Positions 41,420 to 50,928 of a stretch of DNA of 64,000 nucleotides are shown one piece after another. The notes beneath the pieces were generated by a model that did not search any database, was not told where the DNA came from, and saw nothing but the letters and a program-made list of their open reading frames with translations. A program made the translations under genes and the position numbers. Position 1 is the stretch's first letter. Each line of letters opens with the position of its first letter. Source of the stretch: Candidatus Falkowbacteria bacterium (GTDB lineage: Bacteria > Patescibacteriota > Patescibacteriia > Patescibacteriales > UBA12465); contig CP066698.1 of NCBI GenBank assembly GCA_016432645.1, positions 453,062 to 517,061 of the forward strand. The letters are read 5' to 3'.

Positions 41420-42130
41420 TTATTTATTAAAAATTTCCGGGTTAACATCAAGCAGCATAGTGAAGCCGACTTTATTTTGAGCGGCCAAATTACGCGCAGC
41501 CGCAGCCGCGGCGATTTCTTCCGGGGTGGCGGTCTTTAACTTTTCGGCTTCTTCCCGGCTCTGCTTGCCGGCGCCGGAGTCAGAAACTGTTTCTACGGAA
41601 ACATTCAAAGCAATCGGGTCGTCACGAAAAGTTTTGACCTGCCAAGAAACGTCAGCAAATGAGCTGGCCGAACCGGATAAAGTATATTTGCCGTCAGTTT
41701 GGCCGATAAAGTTGCCGTAAGTAACTGTGCTTAAAGTATTTTTTTCCAACCAGTTGAAAAACTGGGTCCAATATATATGGCTTTCCAAAAGACTATTAAC
41801 CTCCAATGCTTTATCTTTATAAGCTAGGGCGTCAGCCGCTGATTTTCTGAAATCAGCAATGTCTTTTCCAGTTTTAGAAATAGCGGCCTTAGTTTGTTCC
41901 AAGCGGATTTCCTCATCTTTTTGCCACCAATCAAGACCCAAATATAATTCCGAGATTATTAAAATAGCCACCGCTAAAGCGGCTACCAATGATTTGATAT
42001 TTGTCTTCCAGTCAAAACCCAATTTAATTTCATCTCTAATCAAATTGACTTCCAAAATTTTTGGATTCTTTAAAACATTATCCAGGGCATTATCTTTTTT
42101 TGGTTTTTTGTTTTTATTTGAAAAAAGCAT
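41420..42130 (-). CDS. pilN: PilN-like protein
   Basis: EVNLI motif, TM, coiled coil, HIYWTQFFNWLE, LSGSASSF; position after pilM. Confidence 0.75.
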   Translation of the reverse strand: MLFSNKNKKPKKDNALDNVLKNPKILEVNLIRDEIKLGFDWKTNIKSLVAALAVAILIISELYLGLDWWQKDEEIRLEQTKAAISKTGKDIADFRKSAADALAYKDKALEVNSLLESHIYWTQFFNWLEKNTLSTVTYGNFIGQTDGKYTLSGSASSFADVSWQVKTFRDDPIALNVSVETVSDSGAGKQSREEAEKLKTATPEEIAAAAAARNLAAQNKVGFTMLLDVNPEIFNK

Positions 42131-42132
42131 AA

Positions 42133-43188
42133 TTATTCTATTTCGCGCATGGCCAAGCCAATAGCGACAGCCAGCTTGGGACCAACCTCCTCTAAGACCG
42201 GCTTAATTTCTTGAGGATATTCCACTCGGCTCCAAGGATTGCCGATAATTACTTTAATGTTCAAGCGTTTAGAAAAATAATCGGCCAAATTCAGAAACAG
42301 CGAGCCGCCGCCGGAAAGAATTATTTTTTCCAAATTTTCATCATTCTGAGAACGATAAAAATCAATCAAATACTGCATCTCGGTTACTATTGGTTCTAGA
42401 GTCTTGGTAATAAGCTGAGGCAGCTCTTCTTGGCTGGAATCGGCATTAAGCGAAAAGCTTAAATCAAGTTTAAACTGTTCTGCTTGGGCATAAGTCATTC
42501 CCAATTTGGCAGCTAAAGCTTTAGTAACCGTAGAGGCACAAACCGTTAAGCTGCGGTTTAAAACCGGAATACTGTCTTTAACAATTGATAAATCGGTACT
42601 ATTAGCGCCAATCTCCACAATCATCATCGGCGCTTTATCGTCACCGATTAAAGAACGGACCAAAGAAAAAGTTTCTGTTTCGAGACTAGCCAGGACTACC
42701 CCGGATTGCTTAAAAACATCAATATATTTACGAACTAGTTTTTTGGGAGAACCGGTTAAAAAAACTTGGATATTGCCGGAAACCGGGGTTTTGCCATTTT
42801 TATCGGGGATAACTTTCCAGTCCAGAATCATTTCCTCCAAAGGAAGCGGAATAACTTTTTTAGCTTCCTCGTTAACGCCATTGGCTAAGGTGTTCTTATC
42901 GGCATTGGTAATATTGATAATTGAAGAAAAAACAGCAAAAGTTGGAAGAGAAACCGTCGCTCGCCTAGCTTTCATTCCCGCTTCTTTCATGACTTTAGTT
43001 ATCGCTTGGGAAAGATAATTTATGTCGTCGACACGATTAAAATTTATCTCGCTCACATTCTCGCTAAAGGCATAATTGGAAAGCAAAATCTTCTGACCCT
43101 TCTTTTTTAACTCTACCATTTTTAAAGAAGAGTCGCCAATGTCAATTCCTAAAAACAGGTTCTCATTTCCTAAAGTTATAAAACTCAT
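42133..43188 (-). CDS. pilM: Type IV pilus assembly protein PilM
   Basis: LGIDIGDSSLKMVEL; VEIGANST; ILSGGG; AVAIGLAMR. Confidence 0.95.
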   Translation of the reverse strand: MSFITLGNENLFLGIDIGDSSLKMVELKKKGQKILLSNYAFSENVSEINFNRVDDINYLSQAITKVMKEAGMKARRATVSLPTFAVFSSIINITNADKNTLANGVNEEAKKVIPLPLEEMILDWKVIPDKNGKTPVSGNIQVFLTGSPKKLVRKYIDVFKQSGVVLASLETETFSLVRSLIGDDKAPMMIVEIGANSTDLSIVKDSIPVLNRSLTVCASTVTKALAAKLGMTYAQAEQFKLDLSFSLNADSSQEELPQLITKTLEPIVTEMQYLIDFYRSQNDENLEKIILSGGGSLFLNLADYFSKRLNIKVIIGNPWSRVEYPQEIKPVLEEVGPKLAVAIGLAMREIE

Positions 43189-43280
43189 AATATTTAAAGC
43201 ACCGCAAAACTAAATTGAATAATCTGCATTCTTAGTATATAATGAATTATATAATATTTGGAAACATTAAACAAGTATTT

Positions 43281-44546
43281 ATGAGCATCTCTCCCCGCTT
43301 CAAAAAAATAATTATGCTGATAATCTTCTTAGGGTTGATTGTCTTTTTTGGCTACTTACTCTGGAAATTATTTTTTAAAGTTGAAACCATAACTCCTGGG
43401 CAACAAATAACCTCTAGCTCCAGCCCCTCCGGATTGCCGGCGGCTGGGACTGGCGGTAATAATATCGGCAATATAACCGGCAGCGGCAACTTGCCGGGAA
43501 GCGACAGCCCGATTAGCAGCGGCACCCCAGTCGGAACTCCCAGTTCCGAAGCTTCCGCTCCCAGCCCAACGGCCAGCGGCGGAATAACTTCCGTATCGCC
43601 TTTAATTTCTTCACAAGTGCTCGACCCGACTGTTTCTAGCGACGGCGGCATTAGATACTATAATAAAGACGATGGCCATTTTTATAAACTGGATGACAAC
43701 GGTAACGCTGTAAAAATGAGTGATAAAGTTTTTCATGAAGCTGATAATGTTACCTGGTCACCGAGCGGCGACAAGGCTATTATTAGCTACCCCGACAAAA
43801 GCAAAATCATGTATAACTTCGATACCGATAAACAGGTTACCCTGCCCTCTTACTGGCAAGATTTTTCTTTCTCGGGTGACAGCGAACAAATTGTCGCCAA
43901 AAGTATCGGACTGGATGTGGAGAATAATTGGCTGATTGTCTCCGGCAGCGATGGTTCCAAAGCGACTGCCTTGGAAGACATCGGCGCTAATGCCGACACC
44001 GTCTATCCCTCCTGGTCGCCAAACAACCAAATTGTCGCGATGTATACTAAGGGCGTGGATTTTAATCGCCAAGAAATATATTTTGTCGGTTTGAACGGCG
44101 AGAATTTCAAATCAACTCTAGTAGAAGGCCGCGGCCTGCAAACCCAATGGTCTACTGAAGGCAATACCCTCTTATACAGCGTTTATAATACGGCGGATGA
44201 AATGAAGCCGCGTCTCTGGATAGTTGATGCTACAACCGATAGTATTGGTGAAAACCGCCGCAGTTTTAACCTGCAAACTTGGGCCAGCAAGTGCACTTAC
44301 GCAACCGATACGGAAATTTATTGCGCCGTACCCGAAGAACTTCAGGCCGGAGCCGGCATGTTCCCGGAACTCGCCGATAAAACTAAAGACAATCTTTATA
44401 AAATAGATTTGGCCACCGGAACGCAAAAATTAATTGCCATCCCTAATGGCGCTTACAACATCTCGCAAATCTTAGTACCGGAAAATCAAAAAACTTTATA
44501 TTTTACCGACAAAAGTACACAGTTAATTTATAAAGTTGATTTATAA
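43281..44546 (+). CDS. Membrane-anchored TolB-like/WD40 beta-propeller protein
   Basis: TM, Ser/Gly/Pro linker, repeated WSP/FS.D blades (WSPSGD, WSPNNQ, WSTEGN). Confidence 0.75.
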   Translation: MSISPRFKKIIMLIIFLGLIVFFGYLLWKLFFKVETITPGQQITSSSSPSGLPAAGTGGNNIGNITGSGNLPGSDSPISSGTPVGTPSSEASAPSPTASGGITSVSPLISSQVLDPTVSSDGGIRYYNKDDGHFYKLDDNGNAVKMSDKVFHEADNVTWSPSGDKAIISYPDKSKIMYNFDTDKQVTLPSYWQDFSFSGDSEQIVAKSIGLDVENNWLIVSGSDGSKATALEDIGANADTVYPSWSPNNQIVAMYTKGVDFNRQEIYFVGLNGENFKSTLVEGRGLQTQWSTEGNTLLYSVYNTADEMKPRLWIVDATTDSIGENRRSFNLQTWASKCTYATDTEIYCAVPEELQAGAGMFPELADKTKDNLYKIDLATGTQKLIAIPNGAYNISQILVPENQKTLYFTDKSTQLIYKVDL

Positions 44547-44607
44547 TTTATCCTTACTTTAGCTCTCTTGGGTCATAATAAATCTGTTATTTATAACAGC
44601 ATTAGTT

Positions 44608-45261
44608 ATGGCTCTTTTTTTAAAAAAATTTATTCTCAATCTCCTCTTCCCGGTTATCTGCGTCGGTTGCCGCCGGGAGACGCCAAATAGCGCCTATCTT
44701 TGCGCCCGTTGTTTTAAAAAATTAAAATTCTATGGCAAAACAACCGGCTTAAATTTAAAATTTGTCGACGAACTGAACGTCGCCGGCGATTATGACAATC
44801 GCCCGCTAGCCGGCCTGATTAAACTTCTAAAATTTAATGCGGTTCCCGAAGCCGGTACCGCCTTAGTTGCTTGGCTAACTTTATTTTGGCAAGGACCGGC
44901 AGCTTTAAAACCGCCAAACTTACTTGTTATTCCTATCCCGCTGGCCGCCCGGCGGCGTCAGCGGCGCGGTTTTAATCAAGCGGAAATTATTGCCCGCGGC
45001 CTAGCTAACAATTTTGATTATGAAATTAGTTTAGAATTAATAAAAATTAAAAATACGAGAGCGCAATCCGGATTAAACGCCAAAGGAAGAAGCTCTAATC
45101 TGACGGGTGCTTTTAAATGGCAGGGACCGAGACCGATTAAGCGCGATATTTTATTGATTGACGACATAGCGACAACCGGCGCGACCCTAGAGGCGGCGGC
45201 GGAAACCTTAAAATTAGCCGGGGCGCAAAAAATTATTGCTTTAGTAGCCGCTAAAGGTTAG
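44608..45261 (+). CDS. comF: ComF family phosphoribosyltransferase-like competence protein
   Basis: LFPVICVGC...CARC, PIPL..RR..RGFNQ, LLIDDIATTGATL. Confidence 0.92.
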   Translation: MALFLKKFILNLLFPVICVGCRRETPNSAYLCARCFKKLKFYGKTTGLNLKFVDELNVAGDYDNRPLAGLIKLLKFNAVPEAGTALVAWLTLFWQGPAALKPPNLLVIPIPLAARRRQRRGFNQAEIIARGLANNFDYEISLELIKIKNTRAQSGLNAKGRSSNLTGAFKWQGPRPIKRDILLIDDIATTGATLEAAAETLKLAGAQKIIALVAAKG

Positions 45262-45284
45262 GAGCGGCGGCGAGTAAGGTAATA

Positions 45285-45313
45285 TTTACAAATTAATCGA
45301 AGCGTGCTAAATT
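45285..45313 (+). promoter_or_regulatory. Promoter of the thrS leader
   Basis: TTTACA-17 nt-TAAATT with extended TG. Confidence 0.5.
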
Positions 45314-45319
45314 AATTAT

Positions 45320-45503
45320 AGTTGATTGTTGAGCCTACCAAGCTCAAGGCCTAAAAACCGCTTAACCGCCTAAGACTAAAAAACAATTTATAAGCGCTTT
45401 CGCAAATATTATTTGGAAAGAAGCTGGGTGGAACCGCGAGACCTAAAATAGTCCCGTCCCAGTAAAAGCAGTTTTTGCTGTTTTTACTAGGAGGGGATTT
45501 TTT
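45320..45503 (+). promoter_or_regulatory. T-box riboswitch (Thr) with antiterminator/terminator
   Basis: AAGCTGGG-TGGAACC-GCG T-box at 45421-45438 pairs with CGT-CCCAG (45455-45462). The alternative long terminator is 45451-45498 plus a T-tract. Candidate ACC specifier at 45337-45339. Confidence 0.88.
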
Positions 45504-45525
45504 ATTAATAATTAATTTTAATAAT

Positions 45526-47265
45526 ATGGAAAAATTAGAAACCAAGCGCCATTCGCTTTCCCACATTATGGCCGCCGCCATCAAAGAATTTTGGCCGCAA
45601 GCAAATTTAGCTATCGGGCCAGCTATTGATAACGGCTTTTACTATGATATTGATTTTGGCGAGACTAAAATCTTAGAAGCGGATTTAAAAAACATTGAAA
45701 AAAAGATGGCTCATCTTCTAAAACAAAATTTGAAATTTGAACGCGCGGAAATGGAAATCGGCGCCGCTTTAAAAGCCGCCCAAACAGAAGCTAACCCCTA
45801 CAAGACCGAATTAATCAGCGACTTAATGAAGGGCGGCGAAACCAGCGTCAGTTTTTATACGGTCGGCAAATTCACCGATTTGTGCCGCGGACCGCACGTC
45901 GAATCAACCAAAGAAATAAAACCGGGCAGCTTCAAGCTTCACAAATTGGCCGGTGCTTACTGGCGCGGCGATGAAAAAAATAAAATGCTTACTCGGATTT
46001 ACGGCTTAGCCTTTGATACTAAAGAAGAATTGGATGAATATTTAAGAATTATGGCCGAAGCCGAAAAAAGAGACCACCGCAAAATCGGCAAAGAACAGGA
46101 TTTAATTATGATCCATGAATGGGCTCCGGGGACGCCGTTCTTTTTGCCTAAAGGTTTTGTGATGCTGCAGGAATTATTAAAAGTAGCTCGCGAATTTTCT
46201 TATGGCGAGGGCTATCAAGAAGTTCGTACACCGCAGCTTTTAAATGCTGAACTCTGGAAAACTTCCGGACACTGGGATCATTACCAAGAAGATATGTTTA
46301 TCCTCCACCACGCCGAAGATAATTGCGATATGGGAGTCAAACCAATGAATTGCCCGGCGCACATGCTAGTCTTCAAGCGCGACATCCATTCCTATCGCGA
46401 CTTGCCTTTGCGCCTAGCCGAAACCACAACCCTATACCGAAACGAAAAATCCGGCACTCTGCATGGATTAACCCGCGTCCGCAGCTTATCCCAAGATGAT
46501 AGCCATATTTTCTGCCGCGAAGAGCAAATTTTAGGGGAAATCGCCCTCTTGCTTGATAAGATAAAAGCAATCTATAAAATTTTCAATCTGCAAATTGATG
46601 AAATTCATCTTTCAACCCGTCCGGAAAAATTCTTGGGCGAAAAAAGCGTTTGGGACGAAGCCGAGGCTAATTTAAAAAAGGCTTTAGAGGCCGCCGATTT
46701 AGCTTATAAAATAAACGAGGGCGACGGCGCTTTTTACGGACCAAAAATTGACGTTAAAGTTAAAGATGCTATCGGCCGCCAGTGGCAGCTGGCCACTATT
46801 CAACTGGATTTCCAATTGCCGCAACGTTTTGATTTGCATTACACTGAAACTGATGGCTCTCAAAAAACACCAGTGGTTATTCATCGCGCCTTGCTCGGCT
46901 CGCTGGAAAGATTCATGGGCGTAATCATTGAGCATTATAGCGGCCTCTTCCCTCTCTGGTTCTCACCGGTCCAAATAAAAATAGTGTCCGTCGCGGAAAC
47001 GCATATCCCGGCCTGCCAAAAATTAGCTGAAGAATTTAGAGCCAACGGCCTGCGCGTGGAAATAGATGATTCCAATGAAACTGTCGGCAATAAAATCCGC
47101 AAGGCGGTTGGTGAAAAAATACCGCACATGCTGGTTATCGGCGACAAAGAAGCCGCTGCTCCGGTTTTAAGCGTCCGCGACCGCGGCCAGCAAGAGACCC
47201 GCGAGATTGCCAAAGACGCTTTTATTGCCGAATTATTGAAAAAGATAAAGGAATATTCCAACTAG
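45526..47265 (+). CDS. thrS: Threonine--tRNA ligase (start MEKLETK; no N-terminal TGS domain)
   Basis: RHSLSH, DLCRGPHV, GAYWRGD, RDHRKIG, KPMNCP, GLTRVR, GAFYGPKID, IHRA. Confidence 0.98.
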   Translation: MEKLETKRHSLSHIMAAAIKEFWPQANLAIGPAIDNGFYYDIDFGETKILEADLKNIEKKMAHLLKQNLKFERAEMEIGAALKAAQTEANPYKTELISDLMKGGETSVSFYTVGKFTDLCRGPHVESTKEIKPGSFKLHKLAGAYWRGDEKNKMLTRIYGLAFDTKEELDEYLRIMAEAEKRDHRKIGKEQDLIMIHEWAPGTPFFLPKGFVMLQELLKVAREFSYGEGYQEVRTPQLLNAELWKTSGHWDHYQEDMFILHHAEDNCDMGVKPMNCPAHMLVFKRDIHSYRDLPLRLAETTTLYRNEKSGTLHGLTRVRSLSQDDSHIFCREEQILGEIALLLDKIKAIYKIFNLQIDEIHLSTRPEKFLGEKSVWDEAEANLKKALEAADLAYKINEGDGAFYGPKIDVKVKDAIGRQWQLATIQLDFQLPQRFDLHYTETDGSQKTPVVIHRALLGSLERFMGVIIEHYSGLFPLWFSPVQIKIVSVAETHIPACQKLAEEFRANGLRVEIDDSNETVGNKIRKAVGEKIPHMLVIGDKEAAAPVLSVRDRGQQETREIAKDAFIAELLKKIKEYSN

Positions 47266-47344
47266 CCAGCACCCCCAGGGGAGGTATTCCAGGTTTTAAA
47301 ATTTTATGTTATTATATCCTTACTAATAACTTAAGCGAAAAACC

Positions 47345-47713
47345 ATGAAAATAAAAAAATACGCGCCCGCGATTATCCTCGCGTTAGGCGTAGTGGCCCT
47401 ACTGACAATCATGAGCCTTAGCCGGCAAAATCAAAACCTTGAACCCGGTGACGAGAAAATTCTGTTTTATGGCGACACCTGCCCCCATTGCAAAAACGTT
47501 GAAGAGTTTATGAGCACTAACGGAACGAAAGCTAAATTAAGTTTTCTAGAACTAGAGGTCTACCGAAACCAAAGCAACGCTCAGTTGTTGGTGGCAACCG
47601 CTAAAAAATGCGGGCTGGATACCAGCGCCGGCGTCGGCGTCCCTCTTTTTTTTGACGGGGAAAAATGTTTATTGGGCGATCAAGATATAATTAATTATTT
47701 TAAGCAGCTATGA
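47345..47713 (+). CDS. Membrane-anchored glutaredoxin/thioredoxin-like protein
   Basis: FYGDTCPHCKNV; GVP; GDQDII. Confidence 0.8.
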   Translation: MKIKKYAPAIILALGVVALLTIMSLSRQNQNLEPGDEKILFYGDTCPHCKNVEEFMSTNGTKAKLSFLELEVYRNQSNAQLLVATAKKCGLDTSAGVGVPLFFDGEKCLLGDQDIINYFKQL

Positions 47714-48231
47714 AATTAAAAAGACTAAGTTTAATTGGAGCAGGCGCGGCTATTTTTAGTTTAAGCGCCTTGCCGGCCAAAGCCGTGTGTCCGGTGTGCG
47801 TGGTAGCTGTCGGAGCCGGCTTGGGACTTTCGCAATATTTAGGAATCGATGACAGTATTTCCGGAGTTTGGATTGGAGGCTTGACCGCGGCTGTCGCCGC
47901 TTGGACCATAAACTGGTTCAATAAAAAAAAGTGGAATTTCGGCAATAAAACCGGACGCGACATAATCACTGTCATCGCTTATTATTTGATGGTTTTCTGG
48001 CCGCTGTTAAATCAAGACTTAATCGGCCATCCAAGCAATAAACTTTTTGGGATTGATAAGCTCGCCCTGGGAGCAGCTTTCGGCAGCTTAGCCTTCACTG
48101 GCTTCAGTCTGTGGTATGAAAATCTGAAGAAAAAAAATAACGGCCATGCCTATTTCCCTTTTCAAAAAGTAGTGATGCCTTTCAGCTCGCTGGCTATTCT
48201 AAGCATTATTTTTTATTTTCTGACAAAATAA
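47710..48231 (+). CDS. Multi-TM membrane protein with N-terminal CPVC
   Basis: AVCPVCVVAVGAGLGLS...GIDD; several TM helices; ATGA-type overlap with the upstream gene. Confidence 0.75.
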   Translation: MKLKRLSLIGAGAAIFSLSALPAKAVCPVCVVAVGAGLGLSQYLGIDDSISGVWIGGLTAAVAAWTINWFNKKKWNFGNKTGRDIITVIAYYLMVFWPLLNQDLIGHPSNKLFGIDKLALGAAFGSLAFTGFSLWYENLKKKNNGHAYFPFQKVVMPFSSLAILSIIFYFLTK

Positions 48232-48241
48232 CTTAAAATAT

Positions 48242-48760
48242 ATGAGTAACATTTTAGAATTACATGAATTAGTGGAAAAAGTGGACCAGATGAAAAAAGA
48301 CAATGCTCTGGATTTGTCTTCTGATCAAGACTTATCAATTGCGATTATGAATCTAGTAAGCATTGAAGAACACTTTTTCTTCACGGGCGCCAAAACCGGC
48401 AATCCCAAATATTATGATTTGCTAACAGAGGTCCGAGAAATGCGCAAGCAGCTCTTAAAAAGAATTATTAAAGAATACGAAGGTGAAGTTTGGTGCATCT
48501 CTAAGCACTTACTCGCTGCCTCCTATCGCTTAATGGAAGTTGGCACTAAAGCTCAGGGTAAAGGCGACAAAAAAGATGCCGAGGAAATGTTTCAAAAAGC
48601 TTATGATTTATATTCCCTGTTCTGGGGCTTAAATATGAAGCTCATTGATATTGGCGAAGTTAAAAAAATAGATGATGATGATTTAAACATCAAGAAAAAA
48701 GGCGTTGTCGGCAAGCTAGGCGCCTTAGTTAAAAAGGTGGTTGATTGTTGTATAGAATAA
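48242..48760 (+). CDS. Hypothetical helical protein (WCISKH, C-terminal DCCIE)
   Basis: Intact 172-aa ORF in operon with the two previous genes. Confidence 0.75.
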   Translation: MSNILELHELVEKVDQMKKDNALDLSSDQDLSIAIMNLVSIEEHFFFTGAKTGNPKYYDLLTEVREMRKQLLKRIIKEYEGEVWCISKHLLAASYRLMEVGTKAQGKGDKKDAEEMFQKAYDLYSLFWGLNMKLIDIGEVKKIDDDDLNIKKKGVVGKLGALVKKVVDCCIE

Positions 48761-48777
48761 ATTAAAAAATAGGCAAG

Positions 48778-48807
48778 AAAAAAACCGCTCCCTGGGGGCG
48801 GTTTTTT
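48778..48807. terminator. Bidirectional terminator
   Basis: AAAAAAACCGCTCC-ctg-GGGGCGGTTTTTT between convergent genes. Confidence 0.75.
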
Positions 48808-48844
48808 AAAAAAATCTTTTGTAACATTTAAGCGCTTGGGAGCT

Positions 48845-49579
48845 TTAATTGGCAACCAAAATTTTTTCTAATTTTGAACTGCCATGCTTGCGGGCGGCAG
48901 TTTCGCCATCAACCAGAATGAAGACGTGAAAATCATTGCCTTCTTCCAGGTCAGTCTTATCAACCAAAGAAACAATGGTTGCCGGCCCATAAACTGTGGT
49001 TAAACGTTTCTGTCCTGTCCACGGCTCGCGTACAATTCGGTTTCCATTTCCCACCGGGAAAGAAACCTGACCAAACTCGTCTTCCCAAACAATAGCCTGA
49101 AAATTCTCTTGCCAAAAGGCTTCATCGCCTAAGGTCTTTTTTTTCATCAGCAGCTCCTTCACTTTCTCTTGCTCTTCGTTTTCAGAATTTAATTTCTGCA
49201 AAATCTTAGGCGGCGGCAATAAATCGGCCGGCAGAGAGAGTAAAAGCGCTCTTGCTTGATCTGCTAATAAGGGACGAACCTTTATCACTCCAAAAAAAAG
49301 ATGTAGTTCTTTAACAGCCTTCTTGGGTAAATACCCTAAAGCCAAACCGCGCCAGTCTTCGGAATGCAAATCAGATGTCCGGCCATTAGTGGCAGCACGC
49401 AGCCAATCTTCAAAATTAGAAAGTGCCGGCCCCGTACCGGCAGCTTTCTTTTTTTCCGATGTTAAAGCCGCACTGTCTTTTTGGCTGGAGTTAGAACCCA
49501 ACAAATTTCTTAAAAAGGATTGCTTTGTCATAAGTAAAAAATTTGGTGAAACAAAAAATTTAAAATTTAAAAAGGACAA
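48845..49579 (-). CDS. Hypothetical protein (start uncertain, possibly MTKQSF)
   Basis: Long ORF with no recognised motif. Confidence 0.55.
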   Translation of the reverse strand: MSFLNFKFFVSPNFLLMTKQSFLRNLLGSNSSQKDSAALTSEKKKAAGTGPALSNFEDWLRAATNGRTSDLHSEDWRGLALGYLPKKAVKELHLFFGVIKVRPLLADQARALLLSLPADLLPPPKILQKLNSENEEQEKVKELLMKKKTLGDEAFWQENFQAIVWEDEFGQVSFPVGNGNRIVREPWTGQKRLTTVYGPATIVSLVDKTDLEEGNDFHVFILVDGETAARKHGSSKLEKILVAN

Positions 49580-49681
49580 TTAAAACGCCCTAACTAAAAA
49601 ATTAGAGCGTATTTTATGTCAGTATTAAATCACTAAAATGGAGCTTTGTCAATATTAAATATCCTGTTGGAAATATCTCTT

Positions 49682-50728
49682 TTATTTAGCCGGGGTTTGA
49701 TAAATTTCATTATAAGTATGGAAGCCATCCTTAATCACGGTATCATTCAAATTATTTTGCGTAACCGCGATTGGCTCCAAGAAATAAGACGGTACTTGAA
49801 TTTTGCCGTTATCCGTAAAAGTAACCGTTTCTGGATTCAGGCCGCGAGCTAAAGCAACCGCCAGCTCAGCCGCCTTATTAGCCAAATCAGTTATCGGCTT
49901 ATAAACGGTGCAAGTTTGCGTACCAGCGACTATTCGCTGCAAGGCAGACAATTCGGCATCTTGGCCAGAAACCGGAATTTTTCCGTCTAAATTAAATTCC
50001 GCTAGCGCCCTAATAACACCGGAGGCCGTGCCGTCATTAGAGGCAATGACGGCGTCAAGCTTCTTACCGGACTTTAAATAATTTTTAATGGTCTTATAAG
50101 CTTCTTCAGGATCCCAATTAGGAGTTGGTTCGTCAATCACTAAATCAATATCGCCGCTTTCAATTTTATCAGCCAAAACTTTCATAGAACCATCTTTCAA
50201 TAAAACTGAATTATTATCATCAGGCGAACCGCCGATATAAGCAAAATGTCCTTTATCAACTACATCTAAAATATTTTGCGCCTCCATCTGTCCAACCTTA
50301 ACATTATCAAAGGAAATATAAAGGTCGAGATTACTATCCTTGATTAAACGATCATAGGCAATTATTTTTACACCTGCAGCTTTAGCGGCCTCCACGGCTG
50401 GAGCAATTTTTTGAGAGTCAGACGGGATGACTACAATTACATCAACTCCCTGTTTTACTAAACCTTCTATTTGGGAAATTTGTTTATCAACATCATAATC
50501 AGAAAGGGTGACGCTAACCAGCGCGCCCAATTCTTGAGCCTTTTTAACAAACAAATCGCGATCCGTAAACCAGCGTTCTTCCCGTGTCGTCCCCATAGAA
50601 AAACCGATAACAATCGGCTTGGCTTCTTGGGTGAATACTGAACTATTTTTTAGTAAGTTGCTGATTAGATAAATTGTTCCCGAAATAATAATCAACAAAG
50701 CAATCGAAAAAATAATTTTATTTTTCAT
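49682..50728 (-). CDS. xylF: XylF-like sugar ABC substrate-binding protein
   Basis: GFSMGTTREERWFTDRDLF, IAYDRLI, YISFDNVKVG, ASNDGTASG, VSGQDAE, TVYKPI. Confidence 0.85.
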   Translation of the reverse strand: MKNKIIFSIALLIIISGTIYLISNLLKNSSVFTQEAKPIVIGFSMGTTREERWFTDRDLFVKKAQELGALVSVTLSDYDVDKQISQIEGLVKQGVDVIVVIPSDSQKIAPAVEAAKAAGVKIIAYDRLIKDSNLDLYISFDNVKVGQMEAQNILDVVDKGHFAYIGGSPDDNNSVLLKDGSMKVLADKIESGDIDLVIDEPTPNWDPEEAYKTIKNYLKSGKKLDAVIASNDGTASGVIRALAEFNLDGKIPVSGQDAELSALQRIVAGTQTCTVYKPITDLANKAAELAVALARGLNPETVTFTDNGKIQVPSYFLEPIAVTQNNLNDTVIKDGFHTYNEIYQTPAK

Positions 50729-50801
50729 ATTATTGCTAAAATTAATACAAACTTAGCTGATATTAATTATAACATAGTTACTAATTATAATATACGACCT
50801 T

Positions 50802-50865
50802 TAAAAAATAGCCCCTATTCAGGGCTATTTACAATCTGCGGGGAGTCCGGGACTATATCCGAACT
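50802..50865 (+). repeat. Copy of the tRNA-Ser 3' flank plus att-like motif
   Basis: 50802-50845 matches 732-775 at 38/44 positions (21 bp identical: AGGGCTATTTACAATCTGCGG), then continues GGAGTCCGGGACTATATCCGAACT. Confidence 0.8.
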
Positions 50866-50928
50866 GAAATGAGAGAAAAAGGCAACAAATATTAACAATT
50901 ATGTTGCTCTTCCCGACATTACCCAATG

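Noticed and set aside
45475..45525. ORF-track N-terminal extension of thrS
   Set aside because: It overlaps the T-box terminator; ATG 45526 fits the ThrRS N-terminus.
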